A stretch of DNA of 64,000 nucleotides from Vitrella brassicaformis CCMP3155. Its lineage: Eukaryota; Protista; Chromerida. Location: NCBI GenBank assembly GCA_001179505.1, contig CDMY01000386.1, forward strand, positions 26,371-90,370. Reading direction: 5' to 3'. Below are positions 13,921 to 22,937 of this stretch, one piece after another (position 1 is the first letter of the stretch; each line of letters opens with the position of its first letter). Below the pieces are notes generated by a model that was not told where the DNA came from, did no database searches, and saw nothing but the letters and a program-made list of their open reading frames with translations. The translations under genes and the position numbers were made by a program.

Positions 13921-15901
13921 ATGAGGCAAGTGCAGAATCAGTCTGCTGATATGCTGCCGCCACCGAAGGCCCAGCCCGGCTTCCCCGGGCCGCTTCCCGC
14001 CTCTTCTGTCGATACGACGCTGCATGGGGGCCAGCAGATGTCCGCCGCGGCGCTTTTCGGTCCGGGACCGGCCGGCAAGGCGGCGCAGGTTAGCGATAAA
14101 GTGGAAGAGATGGTGGAGGAAGAGGTGCCTGGCGAATCGGACGAGACGACTGCGGGGAGCGAGGAGGGAGGTGAGCCAGCCCGTTAAGGCAGCAATATTG
14201 ACATGGTGGATGAGAAGTTGGTGTGGCGGGGCTTGGGTGTGTGTGTGGTGTCGTTTTGCAATGCAGGTTATGCTGTGTTTGTTGATTCCAAGGATAAGTA
14301 CCTGGCCGACTCGCCGCACTTCTTTCAGAAGAAGTTCGCGGACGGCAAGAACTACTGGGGCGTTGTCGCGTGGAAGGTCAGACTCCTCAGAAAGAGAGCA
14401 CACCAAAAGTTGGAGAGAGAAGAAGGCAATTTTTCCTTTTGGTGGGCTGTGTATACGTTGTGTGCAGGAGCCGCGTTCGTGGAAGGGGAAGGAGCAGTTG
14501 ATGTACCAGGTCATCTATGCCGATGGCGATGCAGAGCACATGGACAAGAGCGAACTCAAGTATGCAAATGCAATGCACACAATACAGCCGTCGCACCAAA
14601 TGCATCTTCGTCCATTCTTCCCGTAGGCGTTGTTCGGAGGGCCGCTCCCGCTCGGGTGCCCGTCGCCGCGCCCCGTCCATGCCGCCCTCCCTGGCCAGCG
14701 TGTTCAAGGAGATCCGCGAGGCGGCCATCCAACTCAAGAAGGATGGCATCACAGGTGCGTCACAATACATGCACTCCTCCGATCGCCATTCCGTCTGTTT
14801 GTTGTCTGCTGTATGCATGTGCTCAGAGGAGGATCTCCTGCCGCTGAGGGAAGCCACGGCCGAGATCGAGATGAAGCGCAGACGCACACAGGCGTTCATG
14901 CCTGCCAGGCAGCACACCACCCGCAGCGCCGCCCGGCAGGGAGGGAGCCGCAAGAGGGGGCCCTCCGGCACACCCAAGAAGCAGCCCCGGACCAACAACA
15001 CAGCCAAGCGGCAGAAACCCCCGCCCATTCCATCCGATCGCCGCGCACAGAACCGCCGCAGGGCAACCGATGCGGCCTCTGTGCCTCCCCGGTCAGACAG
15101 GGGGCGGGCGAGGGCGGCTGGTCGGAGGCGGCAGTGGGAGAAGGAGCTGCCGATGTCGTGTGACGATGTGTGTGTCGACGCGTGTGTGGATGGCGGCGGG
15201 GGGCAGGGGGACGGCGGCCTGAGCGTTGAGGTGGGCGTGTGTGGTGGTCGCGATGATACGTGTGGCAATGGGGGTGACTCCGAGAAGGACGGCCCTGGGG
15301 TGGTGGCTGTCGATCTGGAGGACCATTCTCAGGATCAGACGCCCGCCAGCAAAGCCGATGTGCTCGTAGCGAAGGGTGCACCCGTGCTGCAGGTGGGGTG
15401 GATACACATGGAATATACACACGGACAGAGAGACACCCACCACAGCTATTTGTGCATGTGGTTGGTGCAGGCCGGTGCGGGTTTGTCGATGCGGGCGGTG
15501 AATGCGTTTGTGGAGTACCACGGCGGCCACCCCTTCAGCCAGTCCTTCTGGACGGTCGACGCGCTCATCGGCATGGCACAGCGGAGCGACCACCACAGGG
15601 TGAGCTCGTGGGGGTGACCACATACACACCATGGACGCATCCATCCATCCATCCGTCCATGTGTGCGTGTGTGTGTGTACGTCTGTGTGCACTGCAGACA
15701 CGTGAGATGATCGCTCAGCCCTGGTGCCCACCGGAGAGGCGCGACTGGATTGTGTCCCGCCTGTTTGAGGTGCTGCTCGAGCACGACCGCATGATAAACA
15801 CCCCCACCCACACCAACGACGCAGACACCGACCACACATCCCCATGTAAAAAGAGGGATCCCAAAGCGGAGCCCTACATCGAGATGGAAGTCGACACGTG
15901 A
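13921..15901 (+). CDS. Hypothetical protein with a Tudor-like (PTM/DIR17-type) module and a basic low-complexity region
   Basis: Spliced exons read FQKKFADGKNYWGVVAWK|EPRSWKGKEQLMYQVIYADGDAEHMDKSELK, fitting the KxF..YxGxV...YxVxYxDGDxE pattern. Canonical splice sites; TGA at 15899-15901. The start codon is uncertain. Confidence 0.6.
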
Positions 15902-16409
15902 TTAGTTCACCAAGTACATATACATCGACGCGTCGCGTGCATGGACGGCTGCTTAATGGGACTGACGCAGGGCGGGAGTGGGGGTGAGGGAGGGGTGGGC
16001 ATGCTTTGCTTTGCTTTTCGTGCCGCGCCACAACGTACGTCACATTGATGGCCACAGGACACATGACTGACTACTTTGCCAACGTTCACTGATTGATGGA
16101 TATAACACTGAATTGTCTCTCTCATGGCATACATCAACCCACGGGAGACGCCAAACCCAGAAACCGACTCACTGTCACACACACACCCCGTGGGTCATAC
16201 ACGCACACTCACACACGCCCTGCAGCCGCTGGAGTACCAACTTGACTTGAAACGAAAAACGCAGGGTAAGGATTTCTCTGTGCTTTTCTTGTTATGCTCG
16301 AGTCGCAGCTTGACCAGGAGACATGAAGGTCTCCCCAGGTCAAGAACCACACCACCTAGCAGACATACAGTACACTGACTGCACTTGATAGATCTGCTGT
16401 GTGCATGAC

Positions 16410-16497
16410 ACAGGGGCAGAAGGTTCGCTGTCCATCGGGCTGGGCCGCTTCCGGTAAGGGATTGCACAGCCAGCAGCCGTCACTCGCGGCCCCCTGT
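16410..16497 (-). promoter_or_regulatory. SECIS element 2 (distal, GUGA/GA type)
   Basis: Minus strand: ACAGGGG-GCCGCGA-GUGAC-GGCUG-CU-GGCUGU-GC-AA-UCC-CUUACC-GGA-A-GCGGCC-CAGCC-CGAU-...-CCCCUGU. Shows the UGAC/CGAU quartet, upper helix, unpaired AA, mini-stem and closing helix I. Confidence 0.8.
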
Positions 16498-16812
16498 CGC
16501 CCGGTCACACACATCAGCCAAGATCGCATGATCGTGCTTGTGGGGCTAGTGGTCCAATCAGCACATGTACGAAGCGAGTGACCGGTTGACGAAAAAGAAA
16601 AGGAGGAGAAGGGCAGCAAGGAACACCCCCCCACACCCACATATATGGAAGAGGAGCATACAAACCACGTACATGCCCTCACACCCACATGCAGACCAGC
16701 CAAGAGGGGAAGCAACGATATATACGGTGCAGATGCCTACGTATACGCGACAAATCCATCCACCTCCATCCACACACACGCAATGGACGGATGGGCTGTG
16801 TGGTGTGAGAGA

Positions 16813-16897
16813 GACAGGCAGCTCGCTATCACTTCAGGCTGGGCCGCTCCCGCCAAGGGATTGCGCAGCCGTCAGCCGTCACTCGCGGCCCCCTGTC
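16813..16897 (-). promoter_or_regulatory. SECIS element 1 (proximal, GUGA/GA type)
   Basis: Minus strand: GACAGG-GGGCCGCGA-GUGAC-GGCUG-AC-GGCUGC-GC-AA-U-CCC-UUGGC-GGG-A-GCGGCC-CAGCC-UGAA-...-CCUGUC. Form-2 SECIS geometry, about 250 nt downstream of the TAG of a gene carrying an in-frame UGA. Confidence 0.88.
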
Positions 16898-17129
16898 TAC
16901 GCTCACACGCACATATGGCAGCAGACATCACATAGCATGTTGTCTATGTGAGTGAGTGGATGGGGTGTTGGGAGGTCGAGGTCAGATACAGAGATGCAGC
17001 AACGACGCAGCGAATGTATACCTTCCCACTGGCCTAAACTCATTCATTAGAAACGTACAAAAGCACACATGGCCCACCGTGTGCGGCCAGCAGCAGCTAT
17101 GGCCTGTCTATATGAGTCGGTCTGCCTGT

Positions 17130-18974
17130 CTATGCGGTGATGACATTGTTCCGTAGGAAGGCATTGATATCCATCGACTCGTACAGAACGCCGCCGTCGG
17201 GCAGACCCAAAGCAGGCACCTGACTCACACACACACACACACGCACGCACCGGCGTTGCACATGTGAGTGTAACAGCACAGCACCTCCCACCTGTGTGAG
17301 TCCGCCCCTCTGTTTGAGTTGGTCCTTCTGCGACGGGTCGGCCTTGACGTCCACCAGCGGCAGCATCCCCTGCAGCCCCAAAGCACTCAGCTGGTCCAGC
17401 ACATGGACGCAGAAGGGACACTGGGGCATGTAGAAGAGGCAGTAGCCCTCCTTCGACAGATCCTGCACACACGCAGCCAGCCAACCAACACACACACACA
17501 GACACACACACACAATCATCTCTTTCACTGTGTCGGTTCTGTGTGTGTCATCCCACTGCCCACCGTGGCGTTGACGTGCTTCATGTTTTCGACAAGCGGT
17601 GCGGGCGGCGCGTCCTTGCGAGAGGCCTTGACCTCGCTGATGTAGTCGCGGCCCGTCTGCTTGCCCATCCACTGCAGCACGGCGTCAAACGAGTAGTCGA
17701 ATGGACCAGGCCCACCTGCACCAACGACGTACACACCGCACACACACCCATTCCCCCTTCATAAGTGTGTTTGTTTCCTCGATCTCTGGCCGACCGATGA
17801 ATGCCAAAGTGCCATCGGGTTTGAGGACCATGAGGCGGTCGAGCCAGGCGGCGTAGGCCACGCAGGCCTCGTCGTCCGAGCCGTCGATGAGCAGCTCGCC
17901 AGTGACGCCCTTGCCGGCGAAGAAGTCCACCGCCAGCTTGGTCCGCTCGGCGAGGCTCGTGGTCTTCTTGACCCTCAGATTCCCATACACCGCCCACTCA
18001 TCAGTCGGGTGGGCCTCCTGTGGCCACACACACAGACATGGAGAGATGGCCGCAGCCGTCACCCACAACCTCTGCTGGTGTGTGGTGTGTGGTGTTGGTT
18101 ACCCTCATGTAGATGGTGACGAACTTGGCGTCGTCCTTGAACAGCTGTTGGGCGACCATCAGGTCGTCCATAACAGCCGCAAACTGACATGCCAATCAAT
18201 CAAGACACACACACAGGGGGAGAGAGGCATGGATGGAGCCACTCTCAAGCAAACCGAGGAGGCGGATCGATCTCCTCTCTCTCGTGGCACTTACCGGGGG
18301 TCAGCTGCAGCTGCCGAAGTTGAGCACCAGGAACTTGGTGGCGTCGAGGAAGTCGTAGATGTGACGCTTCTCACCCTCAGTCGTGTACACCACACAATTG
18401 GGCGCCTTGCGGCCCTCTCTCAGGGTCCAGCGGCCACGCCTCCACACACAACACACCCAAACAGTGTCCGTCTCTCTCCCTCTCTCTCTCTCTCTCTCTG
18501 TGCCCACCTGTGAAGGCGCACATAGATCCAGATGCGGTGGTAGAAGGCGGGATTGGTCAGAGTGTGCCACATGGTCTCGCTGAGGTCATGTCGCAGCGGG
18601 TTGGGCTTCTCGGCGCCCAGCTCTCCGACGCCTTGTCGGTTGGTCATCGGGCCGGGCAGCCCGGTGACCTTGACGCCCAGCGCTCGCGAAGTGGGAGCAT
18701 CCGGCTTTGTCGAAGCAGGAGCCTCCTTCCAGCCGAGCAGTCCCTTGATGAAACCCATAACGCACTTGAGAATGTAGCCCTGACAGCAGACAGACAAGGC
18801 ACACACACCAACAAGCATGCATCTCATCCTCCCAATGGATGCTGCTGATCAGCTCAGAGACGTCGCCGACGGACTGACCTGTGTCAAGAAGCCGACCATA
18901 AAGGCAAACCTGATGACGTCCAATGGCAGGTACGCCACCTCCCACAGCTGCTCTGACACCGACGACGCCCTCAT
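17130..18974 (-). CDS. Selenocysteine-containing iodothyronine deiodinase homologue fused to a C-terminal CPFC glutaredoxin/GST-N domain (about 409 aa, Sec at about residue 169)
   Basis: Exons 18974-18879, 18779-18508, 18439-18295, 18183-18103, 18017-17795, 17715-17564, 17462-17292, 17219-17130 give one continuous frame with TGA at 18303-18301. Motifs: APNCVVYTTEG..IYDFL..LVLNFGSCS-U-PPF, FVTIYMREAHPTDEW, AYAAWLDRLMVL..FIGGPGPFDY, then LFYMPQCPFC...GGLTQVPAL..DGGVLYESMDI. Hydrophobic N-terminus; SECIS elements downstream. Confidence 0.92.
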
Positions 18975-19197
18975 TTTGTGTGAAGGAAGATCAGCACAGC
19001 AGTCGACGGCCTTCATTCATGCAGACCGCCGACCACCAGATCCAGGCGCTTGCCGACGCCTCTCCGATCCCGCTGGCTACCGAAAGAATGGATGAATTGA
19101 AAGTCCTCCTTCTCTTGGAGCTAAGCTCGCAAGCGCCCAAGTTCGCAGCCCGCTCTGCACACAACTCATTGATTTTCGACGGAAAGGCCAGCTCGCG

Positions 19198-20393
19198 ATG
19201 ATAGCGGCGATTGACGTGCTGTCAGCTCACACGCTGCGGATCGGTGCCATTCTCGAACTGACCGGCGTGATCTTCCTCCACTCGCTGTTTCTCACGGGAT
19301 GCACCTCGCCTCTCTTCGATGTGTATGCGGCGTCCATGACGGGCCAGCCAGTCGATGACTACGAGGAGAAAATGAAGGCCGCCATTGCAGCGGTTCGCCA
19401 TTGGAGCCTGCCTTCCCTCTATGGGCAGGTGCCGTGGATGACGGGCGCCCTGTTCATTCTCGGCTTCCAGGTGAGCATTCCACTGCAAACAGAGCGGAGG
19501 TGAGCTGTGTGTGTGTGTGTGTGTGTGCGTGTCGCGTCAACAGGTGAAGCTCACTGCAGACCCCTGGCTGTCCTCTCGGCATCGTCTGTTTCGGCTGGGA
19601 ATCGGAGTGCTGCAGATCGGTGCCTTCCTGGACGTCACCTGGAACCTCGTCAACCTGGCAGAGTGGTGAGCTTGCAGACGAGCAGAGCCCCTCGATCGAG
19701 GGTGGCACGTGTCCTGTGTTCGTGTGTCTGTGTGTGTGTGCAGGGTGATTGCCGTCAACTATGTGAAGGCCTCCGATGCAACCATTACTGCACTCATAGA
19801 GGGAGGGTTCTTCTGGTGGCCCGAGATGCTCTATGTGTCCTTCCTCTCGCTGGCGGTGCTGGTGAGTAAGGGAGAGGGGGAGAGGGGGGGACGGACAGCT
19901 CATGGTGCAGTGCAGTGCACACCACAGCGCTGTTTGTCTGGTGTGTGCGTATGTTGTTGTGCGTGTAGCTGTATGGCGTGTCGTTCATGCTGCTGGATGT
20001 GCACCATCCGGAGGGCGGCAGCACCTGCCTGGCCTGGACCCTCCTCGTCTCGTGGACACTCACAGGCACCACCGGTACACACACACACCACACAAGACGC
20101 ATGGTCGATTGTGCCTGTCTGTCTGTCTGCCTGACATCCACGGGATGTGTGTCCATTCAGCCTTTCTCCGTCTGCTGGTGCCGCCCTCCCTGGCGGCGCT
20201 GAGCGTTGTCGTGGCCATCGACACAGCCTGGCCTCTCTTTCTCATTTTATCTCTCGTCCTCACTGTCGTCTGGTCTTTCCTATTCGAGCCGGCCGTCAAC
20301 AGAGGTATATACGCTGAGGCTGGTGGTGCTGATGACTATGGGCCAGAGCATACCCCCCCAAGGCACTGCTGGGCCGCCATACGCCGCATATGA
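19198..20393 (+). CDS. Multi-pass membrane protein of unknown function
   Basis: About 5 exons with several hydrophobic helices (GAILELTGVIFLHSLFL, WMTGALFILGFQ, LGIGVLQIGAFLDV, WPEMLYVSFLSLAVL, WPLFLILSLVLTVVWSFLF) and canonical GT-AG introns. Confidence 0.7.
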
Positions 20394-20961
20394 CATTGGC
20401 CCGGCGTATAAGTGAAGGAGGAGAGCAGCGGGACAGAGGATAGGGGGTGTGTCGTAGCGCCAAAGGACTTACTTGACGTGTGGGTGTCCATTTAGCCATG
20501 TGGCTGTGTGTGTTTGTGTGTGTGTGCGCCGATCGGATAAGTTGTGTCGACAAGTTGGATGCGATCGCGATGAGGGCAGGTTTCGGCGCGTGAATTCAGT
20601 TGTGTTGGTGTGCTGGTGTTTTATCTGTGCGGCGGGTCAATATCTGCTTAGTTACAGAGAGTCTCGTCTTTCAGAAGACAAGACCCATCGCCATTGACTC
20701 GACCATCACTACATGGCCAATTGTCGTGTGTCCGCAAGTGTGCTGTCCTTTGCACGTACACACAAGAAGGGAAGAAACTCACATCCAATGGAATGACCCA
20801 CCTCGATCGAGGCAGCCAGAGCAGCAACCCGTCCCTGACTACTACATGTCGCACACGACATATTACAGCCCCTGCTAGCGACTCACTCACACAGGGCATA
20901 CAATGACATCCGCGGCGAAATGACCAGATAAAAAACTCTTACAGACCAGACACACACACCC

Positions 20962-21453
20962 TCAGTCAGCTGGGTAGTCCAACAGTGAGCTGACAGGATC
21001 CTCCCCACCACCGTATCGCAGCAGGAACTGCTTCAGCCAAGCCATGGTGACGGGAAAACGCTCGTCGAGAGTCCGGCCAGCAGCCACAGGCACCTCAGTG
21101 GTTTCCACCTGCAGAACTCTGCCGCCGTTGACGTAAACTTCGCCGTCGACGAAGTTGACTACTAGCAAGACAGGTCCACCGAGCCCCTCGAGCAGGAAGA
21201 CCATCCCCCTGCGGGGATCTGCTTTCGACCGATATTTGGCCGAAGTCAAACCGTACCTCGAACGTAGCGAGTATGTCCGCCTTGGTCAGCCACATTGCGC
21301 TTCGCCGCCTACCTCCTGCTCATTGTTTTAAGCTCCTCGTCGCTGAATGGGGGCTTGGTGAGGCACACCTCGCCGCTGCCGTAGTGGAGCACCCCCTGCC
21401 GGAGTACCTGCGGTGCTTGGACGTTGGGCGTCGACCCGTGAGTCGACCTGTGA
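20962..21453 (-). pseudogene. Degenerate gene fragment of a lineage-specific family
   Basis: The coding-like frame VDSRVDAQ..GVLHYGSGEVCLTKPPFSDEELKT is interrupted by TAG and TGA. It then shifts frame into ..VLLVVNFVDGEVYVNGGRVLQVETTE..FPVTMAWLKQFLLRYG. Confidence 0.45.
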
Positions 21454-21617
21454 GAGGAGAGAGGAGAGAGGGGCAGTGGCTGAGCTTAGTGAGGGCGCCA
21501 CGCATACCAGTGGTTGATGAAAGACTGCTCAGCCATGACTGACACGACAGCCCTCAGCTGACATGAAACGTGCGTGACAATGACGAGAGCACACCCGCAC
21601 AGCGGAAAAGACGGATG

Positions 21618-22257
21618 GTGTAATGGCCATGGATGTCATCTCGCTATTGACTGCAGCTGCTGCACGGTCTACACACATGTGTCAACACAAAGGCATGTAT
21701 ACAGGCAGACAGATGAGGCAACACACATGATTCACGTACCTTCTCGTATGTCTTCTTCTGCCCCTTGCACCATCCCCTGGGGCAGCTCCTGCCGAAGCTC
21801 ATGGAGCCAGCCCACCAGACACCCCTCGCAGTACTCATGCCCACACTTGGTGCATCGGCTCTGACAGATGGGGCAGTCGCTGTCGCCCTCTCCCTCCCCC
21901 TCACCATCCCCGCCGCTCTCTGCTGCCTTGCCCTCTCGCCGCAGCAGTGCGCCCGGCAGCACATCACTGATCGGGCAATGGCACCTCTTTCTGTGGCAAT
22001 GGCCTGATGTGATGTGAAGGAAAGGGAAAACAAAGTAACAGTGCTCTGTGTGATGGGCTAGAAGTGTGCAGTGTCACTTACTTTTGAGTGTCTCTGTCGA
22101 AGTCTTTGGCGCCTAGAGGGATGAGCTCAGTTCTCCAAGGTTTCGTCTGACAGACGTCAACGGGTTCTGCCCACCCGTTGACGTCTGTCAGACGGTGCAG
22201 GAGAAACAGAATGGCGCCGACATCGCGAGTGATTGTGACAGGCATCTATACGGCACC

Positions 22258-22293
<36 letters not shown>

Positions 22294-22770
22294 TGGAGAG
22301 AGAGAGCGGCTCCTGTTGTATGCCGTGTGTGCCGCTGTATCTGTGAGTATGTCATTTCGCCTGCCTGTCATTCGACCAGCGCACCCGTACCGTTCCTTCA
22401 CAATGTGAACATCTGCATCGCCGTAGTTGCAGCAGCCTGCACACAGCCACGTGCGAGGAGATGAATCCTACACACTCACATGAGGGTCTGGATGCGTGTG
22501 GCTTGTGGCCTCTTACGTCGTAGTATGCACAGTGACTGGATGTGCGCCGGGGATGTTGCCCATGTCATGGCGTTTGCCTTGGCGCCAGCAGCCACAAAGA
22601 GGCTGTGGTCCATCCTGTTGCCGTTCTTCCCCTCGTATCGGCGGTCAGTGCCTCCTTGTCCTTGGTGAGGGCCTCCTTCTGCAGCTCAACGTGTTGACGC
22701 TGCCGTCGGGCATAATTACGAGCGCCAGCAAATGCCGGAAAGATGGCTCACAAACGATGCTGCAGCGGTG
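21618..22770 (-). pseudogene. Frameshifted RING-finger gene remnant
   Basis: CPICQ..CGHEYCEGCLVGW lies in one frame and the expected terminal pair (SCPRGWCK) in another. The upstream segment (..HVELQKEALTKDKEALTAD) ends in a stop. A homologous remnant lies inverted at 53270-53573. Confidence 0.5.
22144..22194. repeat. Perfect 21-bp inverted repeat (hairpin, 9-nt loop)
   Basis: cgtctgacagacgtcaacggg-ttctgccca-cccgttgacgtctgtcagacg; the arms are exact reverse complements. Confidence 0.95.
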
Positions 22771-22937
22771 AGAGGGGAAGGGAGGGCAGATGAGATGCGA
22801 GAGAAGGCAGCGAAAGAAAAACCCTAAAAAAGACGGGGGCAGAGTCTTGGGGCGCGAATTCTCGACCGGCCAAAGTGTGACCTTTCCCCGTTCCACATTC
22901 TCCCGCACCGAATTCGGTGGTAACAGCTGTCGGCATT

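Noticed and set aside
16540-16779. Small minus-strand ORF ending ..YMC-TGA-LDH-TAG just upstream of the distal SECIS, a possible second mini-selenoprotein
   Set aside because: Its composition reflects TG-rich UTR or microsatellite sequence, it resembles no selenoprotein family I know, and it has no splice support. More simply it is part of the deiodinase 3' UTR.
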